Origin: Chloroflexota bacterium | GTDB lineage: Bacteria > Chloroflexota > Dehalococcoidia > DSTF01 > JACRBR01 | Assembly: GCA_037444005.1 (NCBI GenBank) | Contig: JBBING010000006.1 | Span: 1-62,807, forward strand | DNA length: 62,807 bases | Reading direction: 5' to 3' | Shown: positions 18,554 to 28,523 of the stretch, one piece after another | How the letters are laid out: each line of letters opens with the position of its first letter | Numbering within the stretch: position 1 is the stretch's first letter | Made by a program: the position numbers and the translations under genes | Notes under the pieces: model-generated | Seen by the model: only the letters and a program-made list of their open reading frames with translations | Database searches by the model: none | What the model was told of the DNA's origin: nothing

Positions 18554-20074
18554 ATGCGCTACCATGCGCCCGTGCGCGGTCGTTCCGAACTCATACGCCC
18601 GAGCGCGGCGATGCTCGTGGTGGTCGCCTCGTTCCTGTTCGTGGCTTCCTGCGGCGAGGAGCGAGAGCGGCCGACGGCCGGGTTCTCGCTCGGCGTCGCA
18701 TCGGGCGAGGTCACGTCCACCTCAGCGATTTTGTGGACGCGGGCCGACACCGCCGGGCCGGTCCGCGCCATCGTCGCCTCGGACCCCTATCTTCGCGACG
18801 TCACCGCCCGGATCGACGCCGAAGCGACGCCAGAGCGCGACCTCACCGTGCAGGTGGAGGCGTCGGGCCTGCAGCCCGGAACGCGGTACTTCTTCCGGTT
18901 CGAGAGCTCGACCGGCGTGAGCGAAACGGGGACGTTCCGGACGGCGCCGCCCGCCGACGCCCCCGAGTCCGTGGCGTTCGTGTTTTCGGGCGACAGCGAC
19001 GGCACGCGCGTCGACGGCCGCCCCGCGCACAACGAATTCGAAGCGCTCGACCGCGCGCGGGAGGAGGGCGCGGACTTCTTCCTGTACTTCGGAGACACCA
19101 TCTACGCCGACGCCGGCGAGCCGGCGACGACTCTCGACGAGTACCGGGCGAAGTACCGGGAGAATCGGGGCTACCGCGCGTTGCGCGACATCCTGGCCGC
19201 GATGGCCGTGTTCGTGTCGTGGGACGACCACGAAGTCGTCAACGATTTCGACGGCCAGACGGTCGACCCGGAGCGCATGCGCGCAGGACGGAGGGCGTTC
19301 GGCGAGTACTTCCCACTGCGCGAGGCCGAGGACCACATGCGGCTGTACCGCTCGTTCCGCTGGGGAGCCATGGCGGAGTTCTTCGTCCTCGACGGCAGGC
19401 AGTATCGCAGCGGCGACGTCGCCGACGTGTGCCGGGGCGACGTCGTACCCACGTTGGGGGCGCCCGGCGTCGAGCAGAGCGGGCTCCGCGCGCTGGCCGG
19501 GCTACCTGAGCGGACGGACGCCGCCTGTCTCGCCGCCATCGAGGACCCTTCCCGGACGATGCTGGGCGCCGAGCAGCTCGCCTGGCTGGAGGACGGTCTG
19601 CGCAGCTCCGACGCCACCTGGAAGTTCGTGGTCAACTCGACGCCCATCATGGAGCTCTTCGTCCAGCCGTACGACCGGTGGGAGGGCTACGCGGCGGAGC
19701 GGCGCGCCCTCCTGACGTTCATCGCGGAACACGACATCCGTAACGTCGTATTCCTCACGACCGACTGGCACGCCACCATCTTCGGCGAGGTGCGGGTCGA
19801 CTTGTTCGCCGGCCCGAGGACGGTCGCGTACGAGTTCATCGTCGGGCCCATCGCCACGACGCCGCTTCAGCGCGAGATCGAGCGCACGGTGGGCGAGGCT
19901 GGCATCGCCGGCATCGTCGCGGTGGTCGCCGGCCTCGCGCGGCCCGACTGCTACGACCTCGACTCCTACAGCTACGCCGTCGCCCGGATCGACCCGGCGA
20001 CCCGCGCGCTCACCGTGCTCGCGAAGGACGACACGGGTGCGGTCCTGTGCGAGAAGCGGCTCGAGGCCCGCTGA
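18554..20074 (+). CDS. phoD: alkaline phosphatase D family protein, lipoprotein-type signal
   Basis: ATG 18554 within ORF 18476..20074. 'LVVVASFLFVASCG' lipobox. 'GVASGEVTSTSAILWTRA', 'FVFSGDSDG', 'FFLYFGDTIYAD' and 'SWDDHEV'. Confidence 0.85.
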   Translation: MRYHAPVRGRSELIRPSAAMLVVVASFLFVASCGEERERPTAGFSLGVASGEVTSTSAILWTRADTAGPVRAIVASDPYLRDVTARIDAEATPERDLTVQVEASGLQPGTRYFFRFESSTGVSETGTFRTAPPADAPESVAFVFSGDSDGTRVDGRPAHNEFEALDRAREEGADFFLYFGDTIYADAGEPATTLDEYRAKYRENRGYRALRDILAAMAVFVSWDDHEVVNDFDGQTVDPERMRAGRRAFGEYFPLREAEDHMRLYRSFRWGAMAEFFVLDGRQYRSGDVADVCRGDVVPTLGAPGVEQSGLRALAGLPERTDAACLAAIEDPSRTMLGAEQLAWLEDGLRSSDATWKFVVNSTPIMELFVQPYDRWEGYAAERRALLTFIAEHDIRNVVFLTTDWHATIFGEVRVDLFAGPRTVAYEFIVGPIATTPLQREIERTVGEAGIAGIVAVVAGLARPDCYDLDSYSYAVARIDPATRALTVLAKDDTGAVLCEKRLEAR

Positions 20075-20086
20075 CGGAGGGGGTGC

Positions 20087-21043
20087 TCACAGGGCGCGCA
20101 GAAAGTCGATCAGGAGCCGATTGACCTCGTCGGGCCGCTCCTGCTGCGTCCAGTGCCCGCAGCCCGGAAGGATGTGCACGCCCCGAAGGCCGGGTACGAG
20201 CGACCGCATCGCGTCGAGCCCGCCCCGCATGAACGAGATCACGGGGTCCCGGTCTCCGGCGATGAACATGGCAGGCTGCGAGATCTTCGCCCCGGCGAGC
20301 TCGGGCGTGAGCTCCCAGTTGCGGTCGAGGTTCCGGTACCAGTTCAGGCCTCCGCGGAAGCCGGTCCGCCCGAACTCGGACGCGAAGTAGTCCAGATCGG
20401 CCTCGGTGAGCCACGGGGGCAGCGTTTCGGGGTCGATCATCTGATCCAGAAACCGGGCGTTCTCGGGAAGCGGCACGAACGCGCTCTCGCGGGGCGCATC
20501 GCCCGAGGCCGAATACAGAGTGAGCCGCAGCGTTCGCCGCGGGTCGGCCTCCAGCTCCCGCTCGGCGACACCGGGCTCCTGGAAGTACAGCATGTAGAAG
20601 AACCGCCCCGCGAAGATCTGCCGGAAGATCTGCGTCGGGGGCGCGGGCGCCCGGCCCGTGTACGGCACGCTCATCCCCACGACTGCCCGGAACCGATCAG
20701 GGTGCAGCAGGGCGCAGTGCCACGCCACAGGAGCGCCCCAGTCGTGTCCGACGACCACCGCGGTCCGCTCGCCGAGGGCGTCGAGCACCCCCACGGCGTC
20801 GGCGGTCAGCTCGCGGATGTGGTACGCCTCGATGGGCTCCGGCGCGTCGGTCCCCCCGTAGCCGCGCTGATCCGGGGCGACGGCGCGGAATCCTGCCTCG
20901 GCCAGCGCCCGAAGCTGATGCCGCCACGAATACCAGCATTCGGGGAATCCGTGCAGCAGCAGGACCAGCGGGCCCTGTCCCTCCTCGGCGATGCGCATGC
21001 GGATGCCGTTGCTCTCGATGGTGCGCAGGGTCGGTCCTGCCAT
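20087..21043 (-). CDS. alpha/beta hydrolase (epoxide-hydrolase-like)
   Basis: 318 aa. 'LVLLLHGFPECWYSWRHQ' and the 'VVGHDWGAPVAW' nucleophile elbow. C-terminal 'GCGHWTQQERPDEVN'. Confidence 0.9.
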   Translation of the reverse strand: MAGPTLRTIESNGIRMRIAEEGQGPLVLLLHGFPECWYSWRHQLRALAEAGFRAVAPDQRGYGGTDAPEPIEAYHIRELTADAVGVLDALGERTAVVVGHDWGAPVAWHCALLHPDRFRAVVGMSVPYTGRAPAPPTQIFRQIFAGRFFYMLYFQEPGVAERELEADPRRTLRLTLYSASGDAPRESAFVPLPENARFLDQMIDPETLPPWLTEADLDYFASEFGRTGFRGGLNWYRNLDRNWELTPELAGAKISQPAMFIAGDRDPVISFMRGGLDAMRSLVPGLRGVHILPGCGHWTQQERPDEVNRLLIDFLRAL

Positions 21044-21066
21044 GGCGTCTCCCTTTCCCCATGCCT

Positions 21067-21085
21067 GCGCGGCGCGGCGCCGCGC
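21067..21085. promoter_or_regulatory. 19-nt palindrome GCGCGGCGC-G-GCGCCGCGC between divergent hydrolase and MFS genes
   Basis: Read directly with 9/9 complementary arms. Pure G/C content makes a chance occurrence more likely in this genome. Confidence 0.2.
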
Positions 21086-21164
21086 GTCGCACGCTTCTTT
21101 CGTACCACGGTCGCGGCGCTGTGGCTACCGCCGCCATGCTCGCTGCGCCCGGTAGACTGACGGT

Positions 21165-22631
21165 ATGGCCGAACGTAATCCGCTCGAGACGGGACGGGAG
21201 CTGGCTCAGAAGGCGTATCTGCACGCCGACCGAGTGCTCGACGAGGGCCAGCGTCGCGTCATCCGCCTGTTCTGGCTGTTCCTGCCCGAATCGTCCATCG
21301 CGCGGGATCTGCGATTCGAGCACGTGCTCGTCTCGCGCTTTCTGTCCGATGCGGGGCAGCAGGCGCTGGCGTACGGGGCGCTCATCGCCGTCATGCGGCG
21401 GGGCGGGTCGGCCCTGGACGCGGCTATGCTCGGGGTCGCGGCCTTAGCGCCCGCGGCCGCCCTCGGCCTGTACGGTGGCGCCGTCGCCGACGCCCTGCCC
21501 AAGCGGGTCGCCCTCGCCGCCGTCTACAACCTCCAGGCGCTCCTGTGCTTCCTCGTCCCCATCCTGGCGGGCGTCGACCTCCCGGCCATGATCTTCCTCC
21601 TGTTCGCCGTCAACGCTCTCGGGCAGGTCTCCGGGCCCTCGGAGTCGGCGGTGCTGCCGCTCATCGCGTCCCGCGAGCAGCTCGCGACGGCGGCGTCGCT
21701 CGTCAACCTGGCTTCGTCCGCAGGCACGGCGTTCGGCACGGCCCTGCTGGCGCCTGTCATCGTGCGCGTGTTCGGCGTCACCGCCATGCTCTACGTCTCC
21801 GGCGCGCTGTTACTCCTGGCAGCGACGCGGGTGTTCGACCTCCCGACCCACGAGCGGCCAGGGCCCATCCCGCGGCGCATCTCCGTCGCCGGCGTCCGCA
21901 GCGCGCTCTCGTGGCTCATCCGCGAGCCCGCCGTCGGGACGATGATCCTCGTGGCCGTGCTCGCCGGCACCGCGAATGTCGTCATCCAGACACTCGCGCC
22001 ACGTTATGTCCAGTCCGCCCTCCATGTCGACGCCGCAGACGCCGTCTACGTCTTCGGGCCCTCGGTCGCCGGTCTGCTTCTCGCCCTCGCCGCCGGCCCC
22101 GCGCTTATTCGCCGCCACGGCGAGCGCCTGGCCGCCATCGCCGGCGTTTCTGTCACTGCCTCCTCTCTTGTGCTCCTGGGGATGATCGGGCCGGTGGCGA
22201 GCGTCGTCGATCCGCTGAATCCGCTGCGCACGCTCGACATCACCGGGTTCGCGCTGAGCGAGCGGCTGCGGACGGCGGCGCTGCTGGCGCTTCCCCTGGG
22301 ATTCGGCGTCACCCTCACAACGACGTCGGTCCAGACCTACCTGAATCGGCGCGTGCCCCACGCCTACCAGGGGCGAGCCTTCGCGCTGCAGAGCACCCTC
22401 AAGAACGGCGCCGCCATCGTGCCTCTTCTCACGCTCGGCGGCGCGGCCACCGCGTTCGGCGTCGAGCGTGTCCTGCTGGCATCGCCATTCGTGCTCTTTG
22501 GCCTGGCGGTGGGACTCGTCGTGCTCAGCGCGCGGCTTTCCGGTATGCCTCCGCGCAAGGGGCTCGAGGTGCTCGCGTCGTTCTGGGAGGAGCCGGCCGA
22601 GACGCGCGGCTTCGAACCAGCGCTCGGCTAG
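21165..22631 (+). CDS. MFS transporter
   Basis: 488 aa, about 12 hydrophobic segments. 'LYGGAVADALPKRVAL' loop motif typical of MFS_3/enterobactin-exporter-like proteins. Confidence 0.8.
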   Translation: MAERNPLETGRELAQKAYLHADRVLDEGQRRVIRLFWLFLPESSIARDLRFEHVLVSRFLSDAGQQALAYGALIAVMRRGGSALDAAMLGVAALAPAAALGLYGGAVADALPKRVALAAVYNLQALLCFLVPILAGVDLPAMIFLLFAVNALGQVSGPSESAVLPLIASREQLATAASLVNLASSAGTAFGTALLAPVIVRVFGVTAMLYVSGALLLLAATRVFDLPTHERPGPIPRRISVAGVRSALSWLIREPAVGTMILVAVLAGTANVVIQTLAPRYVQSALHVDAADAVYVFGPSVAGLLLALAAGPALIRRHGERLAAIAGVSVTASSLVLLGMIGPVASVVDPLNPLRTLDITGFALSERLRTAALLALPLGFGVTLTTTSVQTYLNRRVPHAYQGRAFALQSTLKNGAAIVPLLTLGGAATAFGVERVLLASPFVLFGLAVGLVVLSARLSGMPPRKGLEVLASFWEEPAETRGFEPALG

Positions 22632-23854
22632 AAGGTGTCGGGGCAGAACGGCGCGTATCGCGTGCGCCACATCGCGTCCCACAGGTCCAGCCGCGCGTCC
22701 AGCGAAGCTTCCGCCCGGCCCCACGCCACGGCCTGGCTGGGCGCGACCTGCCCGAACAGCAACTGCGCCAGCGTCGAGATCGGGACATCGAGCTCGGGCT
22801 CCTCGTCCGTGCGGACGACGCTCGCTCCCTCTGAGCCCGCGTCGAGCGCCCAACAACCCTCGTTCCACGGACACAGGGCGTCGCGCACACGGAAGACCAC
22901 GCGGCCCTGCACGCCGTACGGCCGTAGCGGCAGCGCGCGCTCGACGTCGATGATACGCGCCATGAGGTGATCTCGCACCGTGAGCCCCAGCCGGCGCGGC
23001 TCGAGCAGCAGATGGAACGCCGGGTCGTCCATCGGGAGCTCGATGATGACGCGCGCCACGAGGTCGAATGACGCGAAGAAGTCCCACATCGCACGGTACG
23101 CGCTCGCGGTGACCCAGACGTAGTCTCGGACGTACAGGCGTTGGCCCGGCGGCCCTTCGTCTCGCAGCGACGGATTACCGCGCTCCTGCGCCGCGAGACT
23201 CCACACGACATACCCGGCGGATTCACCGTCCTCCTCGTAGATCGCGACGTGCGGCGCGCCCGGCGGCTGGCGGCCGAAGACGCGGTGCTCCCACATCGCG
23301 GGCGCGCGGTGCAGATAGCCGTTGCGTGGAGCCGAGAACGCACGATACAGGCGCTCCAGGAGCGGCGTCTCGTCCTTCGACGCCTTTCGAAACCTTCCCC
23401 TGGCGGAGGGCGCGTCGGGCGCGAACGCGATGTCGCGCGGGTCGATCACCGCGGTCAGGGTGGCCGAGGCGACGGCGTATCCGTAGCGCTGGTAGATGGC
23501 GGCCTGCGACGCGAGAAGGATCCCGAGGGGCTCCATTCGCTGCTCATAGCGCCGCCGAAGGTCGGCCTCCACGATGCGCCGCAGATACCCCCGACGCCGG
23601 TACGCCGGGTGAGTGCCGACGACGGTGACACCAGCGGCCGGCGCCTTGCCGCCGTTGAGCCGCACCACGAACGGAAAGGCGGCGTAGCTCGTGGCCAGCT
23701 CCCCGTCCTCGAAGCCGCAGAGGGTCCACTCCGGCTGCAGACGCTCGCTGACGCGGTCGGCCTCCGGAGGAACATCGCCGGCGAACACGGCGACCACCAT
23801 GTCGTCGAGCAGGGGCAGCTCTTCCGGCGTGAGGGGACGAATCTCGAACGTCAC
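22628..23854 (-). CDS. GNAT family N-acetyltransferase, Eis-like three-domain architecture
   Basis: 408 aa. 'GVTVVGTHPAYRRRGYLRRIV' acetyl-CoA motif. The length and a C-terminal SCP2-like region resemble Eis-type enzymes. GTG start preceded by GGAGG. Confidence 0.75.
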   Translation of the reverse strand: MTFEIRPLTPEELPLLDDMVVAVFAGDVPPEADRVSERLQPEWTLCGFEDGELATSYAAFPFVVRLNGGKAPAAGVTVVGTHPAYRRRGYLRRIVEADLRRRYEQRMEPLGILLASQAAIYQRYGYAVASATLTAVIDPRDIAFAPDAPSARGRFRKASKDETPLLERLYRAFSAPRNGYLHRAPAMWEHRVFGRQPPGAPHVAIYEEDGESAGYVVWSLAAQERGNPSLRDEGPPGQRLYVRDYVWVTASAYRAMWDFFASFDLVARVIIELPMDDPAFHLLLEPRRLGLTVRDHLMARIIDVERALPLRPYGVQGRVVFRVRDALCPWNEGCWALDAGSEGASVVRTDEEPELDVPISTLAQLLFGQVAPSQAVAWGRAEASLDARLDLWDAMWRTRYAPFCPDTF

Positions 23855-23881
23855 GGCGCCTCCGCGTGACGGGAAGTATAC

Positions 23882-23897
23882 CAGCGGCGCGCCGCTG
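23882..23897. promoter_or_regulatory. perfect 16-bp palindrome CAGCGGCGCGCCGCTG; candidate TetR operator in a divergent intergenic region
   Basis: Read directly and self-complementary over all 16 nt. Lies about 28 nt upstream of the GNAT GTG (23854) and about 72 nt upstream of the tetR start. Confidence 0.3.
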
Positions 23898-23968
23898 AAT
23901 CGGCCGACCGCCGAACGGCCCTATCGGAATCGCGCAAGTCATGCTATGCTCCTGCACGCCCCGCCGAG

Positions 23969-24589
23969 GTGATGATGGCATCAGAACCGATGACGGAATC
24001 ATCCCGCGTCCGGCGGAGGCAGGAGCGCAACCGGCGCGCCTTGTTGCGAGCCGCCCGCACCCTGATGGCGCGCCACGGCTACGAGCGCACCACCATCGCC
24101 GCGATCACCCGCGCCGCCGACCTCGGCTTCGGAACCTTCTACCTGTACTTCCGCGGCAAGGAAGACATCCTGCGCGCCCTGGTCGACGACGCCGTGCAGA
24201 CGCACATCGCATCCCTCAGCGAAGCGGGCCGCAGCGCGTCTTCGGCCGCCGAGGCGCTGCGCCGCATCGTCGAGCGCTATGTGGACGCGGCCATCGAACA
24301 CCGCGACCTGTTCAAGATCATGTTCGAGCACGGTGGCGAACGCCGCGAGCCGCTCCGGCGCGTGCACGAGGCTCTCGTGCGCGCGCTCGAGGACGCCATC
24401 GCGCGCGGCGTACGCGACGCCGCGTTCCGCCATGTGCACCCCGCCCTCACCGCCAGAGCCATCGCCGGCATGCTTCCGGCGGCGCTGCTCTGGGCGGCGC
24501 GGTCGAGAGCCGTCTCGCGAGACACGCTGGTCGCCACGCTGGTGGACCTCGCGCTGCGAGGACTGTCGAGAGAGGAGGGGGTATCGTGA
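23969..24589 (+). CDS. TetR/AcrR family transcriptional regulator
   Basis: 206 aa. HTH 'RRALLRAARTLMARHGYERTTIAAITRAADLGFGTFYLYFRGKEDIL'. GTG 23969, ATG 23972 or ATG 23975. Confidence 0.9.
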   Translation: MMMASEPMTESSRVRRRQERNRRALLRAARTLMARHGYERTTIAAITRAADLGFGTFYLYFRGKEDILRALVDDAVQTHIASLSEAGRSASSAAEALRRIVERYVDAAIEHRDLFKIMFEHGGERREPLRRVHEALVRALEDAIARGVRDAAFRHVHPALTARAIAGMLPAALLWAARSRAVSRDTLVATLVDLALRGLSREEGVS

Positions 24590-26505
24590 GCACCGTCGAA
24601 GAGCCGTTTCCCGCTGAGCTGAGCCTCGCAGGCGGAACATCGCTCCGCGCCCGATTGCTGCTCGCGCTGGTGTTGGCCGCGGCCGCCGCAGGCATCGGAT
24701 TCGTCACCTACGCCACGTGGTTCTCGGGCGGCGGCGAGGCCCAGCGCGACCTCGAGCCGTACACGGTCGTCCGCAAGACGCTCCGGTCGACCGTGGCGGC
24801 GTCTGGGGTCGCGGTCGCGCAGGAGGTCAGCGACGTCAGCTTCGACCATCCGGGGCGCGTCAAGACCGTCGACGTGACGCTCGGACAACAGGTGAAAGCG
24901 GGCGACGTGCTCGCGACGCTCGACGAGCCCGACGCGGAGAACGCCGTGGCGGCGGCTCAGTCGAACCTGCGGACGGCCGAACTGAAGCTGCTGCAGCTCG
25001 TGAACGGCGCTTCGCTCGCTGAGATCGCCGCCGCCGAGCAGGCGGTCGCCTCCGCCCAGGCCGCGTACGACAAGGCCGTCAACGACTTCCGCACGCTCGA
25101 GGCCGGCCCGACCAGCGTCGACATCGCATCAGCGGAACAGGCCGTCCGAACCGCCGAGGCGAACCTCGCGGACGCCCGCGCCCGCCTGGCCAGCCTCGAA
25201 GCCCAGCCGAGCGACGCCGCGGTCGCGTCGGCCCGAGCCGCCGTCACTGCCGCGCAGAACGCCCTCGACCAGGCGAAGGCGGCCGTGGAAGACGCCGACG
25301 CCAACGTCGCCAACGCCGCGGGCCAGTTCCAGGACGCGCGCGCCGAGTACTGCGAGAACGAGGACGCGCTCGGCTCCATCTGCGTCCCAACGTATCCGCC
25401 ACCACTGAGCGACGCCGATGTGGACGCGCTCGAATCGCAGATGAACGCCACCGACATCAACGAACACACGGCGTTCGTGGTGGACCAGGCCGCCCTCCTT
25501 TCGGCGAATGCCGCGTACGAGTCGGCGGTTGCGGCGCGCGACCAGGCGGATGACTCCATCGCCGAGCTCGAAGAGCAGCTCGAAGCGGCGCAGCTGAAGC
25601 TCCAGGAGACGCTGGCGGGCCCCGATGAAGCCAGCCTCGACGCGGCACGCGCCGCCGTCGCCGCCGCCGAGCAGTCCCTCGCAGCGGCCGAAACGGAGCT
25701 GAACGACCTGCTCGACGGAGCCGACGCGGACGATATCGCCCTGGCTCGGAGCCAGGTGGCGTCCGCCGAGGCGAGCCTGCGCGCGGCCCAGGCCAAGCTC
25801 GACGACCTGCTCGACGGAGCCGACCCCGACGAGGTAGCTCTGGCGGAAGAGAATGTCCGCTCGGCGCAGGTGGCGCTCGACAAGGCGCTCATCCAGCGCG
25901 AGAAGGGCATCCTCCGCGCGCCGTTCGACGGCGTCGTCGCCGCCATCAACGTCCACCCGGGCGAGCTCGCCTCCAGCGCTCAGCCCGCCTTCACGCTGCT
26001 GACGCCCGACGCCCTGCGGCTCGACCTCACTATCGGCGAGGTCGACCTGCCGCACGTCAAGGTCGGGCAGCCCGGCGGCATCATCTTCGACGCGATCCAG
26101 GGGCGGCCGTACTTCTTCGTCATCACGTCCATCGGGTTGGCCCCACAGGTGCAACAGGGCGTCGTGACGTACATCGTCCGGGCCAATTTGCTCGTGCCCG
26201 CGGACGCGCCGAAGCCGGCTCCCGGGATGAACGGCGCGGCCCTCATCCAGCTCGAGCAGCGCAATAACGTCCTCACCGTCCCGACGCGAGGGGTGCGGCG
26301 GCGCGGCGACCAGCAGGTCGTCGACGTTCAGAAGGAGGACGGCACCATCGAGGAACGCGTGGTCGAGACCGGCCTGAGCGACGGAACGGACATCGAGATC
26401 GTGTCGGGGCTTTCGGAAGGCGAGACGGTGCTGCTGCCGCGGCTCGCCGGCGGCGCCACCGGTGGCGGTTCGCAAGACATCCGGCTGCCCGGGGGCATCA
26501 GGTAG
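24586..26505 (+). CDS. HlyD/MacA-family efflux periplasmic adaptor with a greatly extended coiled-coil hairpin
   Basis: GTG 24586 (GTGA overlap with the tetR stop, GGAGGGGG upstream) within ORF 23941..26505. N-terminal TM '[17 protein letters not shown]'. Lipoyl-like '[24 protein letters not shown] ... [15 protein letters not shown]'. C-terminal beta-barrel/MP domains. Confidence 0.8.
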   Translation: MSTVEEPFPAELSLAGGTSLRARLLLALVLAAAAAGIGFVTYATWFSGGGEAQRDLEPYTVVRKTLRSTVAASGVAVAQEVSDVSFDHPGRVKTVDVTLGQQVKAGDVLATLDEPDAENAVAAAQSNLRTAELKLLQLVNGASLAEIAAAEQAVASAQAAYDKAVNDFRTLEAGPTSVDIASAEQAVRTAEANLADARARLASLEAQPSDAAVASARAAVTAAQNALDQAKAAVEDADANVANAAGQFQDARAEYCENEDALGSICVPTYPPPLSDADVDALESQMNATDINEHTAFVVDQAALLSANAAYESAVAARDQADDSIAELEEQLEAAQLKLQETLAGPDEASLDAARAAVAAAEQSLAAAETELNDLLDGADADDIALARSQVASAEASLRAAQAKLDDLLDGADPDEVALAEENVRSAQVALDKALIQREKGILRAPFDGVVAAINVHPGELASSAQPAFTLLTPDALRLDLTIGEVDLPHVKVGQPGGIIFDAIQGRPYFFVITSIGLAPQVQQGVVTYIVRANLLVPADAPKPAPGMNGAALIQLEQRNNVLTVPTRGVRRRGDQQVVDVQKEDGTIEERVVETGLSDGTDIEIVSGLSEGETVLLPRLAGGATGGGSQDIRLPGGIR

Positions 26506-26512
26506 GGAGCCC

Positions 26513-27253
26513 ATGATCCGGCTTCGCGGCGTCAGTAAGGTCTACCGCACGGGCGAGCACGAGGTGCACGCCCTGCGCGACATCGACCTGACCATCGAAG
26601 ACGGCGAGTTCGTGGCTATTATGGGCCCTTCGGGATCGGGCAAATCGACGCTCATGAACATCATCGGTTGCCTGGACCGGCCCACCCGGGGCGTGTACGA
26701 GCTCGACGGCACGCCGGTAAGCCGCCTCGACGACGACCGCCTCGCGTTCATCCGGAATCAGCGTATCGGGTTCGTCTTCCAGAGCTTCAATCTGCTGCCG
26801 CGGCTCACCGCCATCGAGCAGGTGGAGCTGCCGCTGCTGTACCGGGGTGTGCGGAACCGGCGCAAGCTCGCGGCGCTGGCCCTCGCCGAGGTCGGGCTGG
26901 CCGATCGGCTCCACCACAGGCCGACACAGCTTTCGGGCGGACAGCAGCAGCGCGTCGCCATCGCGCGGGCGCTGGTCATGCGCCCCTCGCTCATCCTGGC
27001 CGATGAGCCGACGGGCGCGCTCGACACCCGGACGAGCCACGACATCATGGAGCTGTTCCGCGAGCTCAACGAACAGCGCGGCATCACCATCGCCTTCGTG
27101 ACGCACGAACACGATGTCGCTGCGTACACCCGGCGCATCGTGTCGCTTCGCGACGGCGTCATCGTGTCCGACGGGCCGAACCCGGAAACGAGGCGCCCCG
27201 CGGTCGCGGCCTCTTCCTCGCCCGAACCGCCGTCCGAAGGAGCCGGCGCATGA
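26513..27253 (+). CDS. ABC transporter ATP-binding protein (MacB/LolD/YknY-type)
   Basis: ATG 26513. Walker A 'GPSGSGKST', '[15 protein letters not shown]' and Walker B '[12 protein letters not shown]'. Confidence 0.95.
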   Translation: MIRLRGVSKVYRTGEHEVHALRDIDLTIEDGEFVAIMGPSGSGKSTLMNIIGCLDRPTRGVYELDGTPVSRLDDDRLAFIRNQRIGFVFQSFNLLPRLTAIEQVELPLLYRGVRNRRKLAALALAEVGLADRLHHRPTQLSGGQQQRVAIARALVMRPSLILADEPTGALDTRTSHDIMELFRELNEQRGITIAFVTHEHDVAAYTRRIVSLRDGVIVSDGPNPETRRPAVAASSSPEPPSEGAGA

Positions 27254-28515
27254 CGCTGCTCGACACCATCCGCACTGCACTGCTCGCCCTCGGCAGCAAC
27301 AAGCTCCGAACGGGACTCACGATGCTGGGCGTGGTCATCGGCGTGGGCGCGGTGATCGCCCTCATGGCCGTAGGCCAGGGAGCGAACCGCAGCGTCACCG
27401 AGCGCATCCGGGGCCTCGGCAGCAACCTCCTCTTCGTGCGGCCGGCCGCCGCGCAGTCCACGGGCGGCGCGCGGGGCGCCACGGGCACCGCCCTCACGCT
27501 CGTCGACACCGACGCCGAGGCCATCGACGATCCTGAGCGCTTCCCCTACGTCGACGCCGTGACGGCGCAGGTGAACTTCAACGCTCAGCTGATCGCTGGC
27601 GGCAACAACGTGAATGCGCCGATCGTGGGCGTGACGCCGTCGTATCAGTACGTTCGCAACTTCTACGTCGCCCACGGCTCGTTCATCACCGACGCCGACG
27701 TCGACCGCAAAGGGCTGGTCATCGTTCTCGGCGCCAACGTGAAGAAGCAGCTCTTCGGAGACGCCGACCCTATCGGGCGCATGGTGCGGCTCGCCGCCGG
27801 GCCCGGGGGTATCGTCAGCTTCAACTTCCGGGTCATCGGCGTCATGGAGGAAAAGGGGGCGTCCAGCACGTCGAACGAAGACGACCAGGCGTTCGTGCCG
27901 CTCCCCACCATGCAGGCGCGCATCCCGTTCTTGCGGCACCCTCAGGGCCTCAGCAACGTCATGCAGATCACCGTCAAGCTGAAGGACCGCAAGCACATGG
28001 ACCGTGCGAAGGAGGAGATCGCCGCCTTGCTCCGGCAGCGTCACAACGTCGCCGAAGACGACTTCACGATCACCACGCAGTCCGACCTGCTTTCGACCGT
28101 CAACGAAGTGAACCGCACCCTGACGATTCTGCTGGGGAGCATCGCGGGCATCTCGCTCCTGGTCGGCGGTATCGGCATCATGAACATTATGCTGGTGTCC
28201 GTGACCGAGCGGACACGGGAGATCGGCATCCGGAAGGCGGTAGGAGCGCGGCGGCGCGATATCCTCACGCAGTTCCTCGCGGAGGCGCTCACCGTCACCA
28301 TGGCGGGTGGCGCCCTCGGAGTCGCGATCGGCGCGGGCGCGGCGGCCCTCGGCGACGGCATCCGGATCGCCGGCCGCGAGGTGAACACCGAGGTCACGCC
28401 GTTCTCGATCATCATCGCCGTAGGCGTGTCCGCCGCCATCGGCGTCTTCTTCGGCATGTACCCGGCGTACCGCGCCGCGCGGCTCGATCCCATCGAAGCG
28501 CTACGCCACGAGTAA
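27250..28515 (+). CDS. ABC transporter permease, MacB/FtsX family
   Basis: 421 aa. MacB_PCD-type periplasmic domain between TM1 and TM2. C-terminal FtsX motif '[28 protein letters not shown]'. ATGA overlap with the ATPase gene. Confidence 0.9.
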   Translation: MTLLDTIRTALLALGSNKLRTGLTMLGVVIGVGAVIALMAVGQGANRSVTERIRGLGSNLLFVRPAAAQSTGGARGATGTALTLVDTDAEAIDDPERFPYVDAVTAQVNFNAQLIAGGNNVNAPIVGVTPSYQYVRNFYVAHGSFITDADVDRKGLVIVLGANVKKQLFGDADPIGRMVRLAAGPGGIVSFNFRVIGVMEEKGASSTSNEDDQAFVPLPTMQARIPFLRHPQGLSNVMQITVKLKDRKHMDRAKEEIAALLRQRHNVAEDDFTITTQSDLLSTVNEVNRTLTILLGSIAGISLLVGGIGIMNIMLVSVTERTREIGIRKAVGARRRDILTQFLAEALTVTMAGGALGVAIGAGAAALGDGIRIAGREVNTEVTPFSIIIAVGVSAAIGVFFGMYPAYRAARLDPIEALRHE

Positions 28516-28523
28516 GGCGTCGC

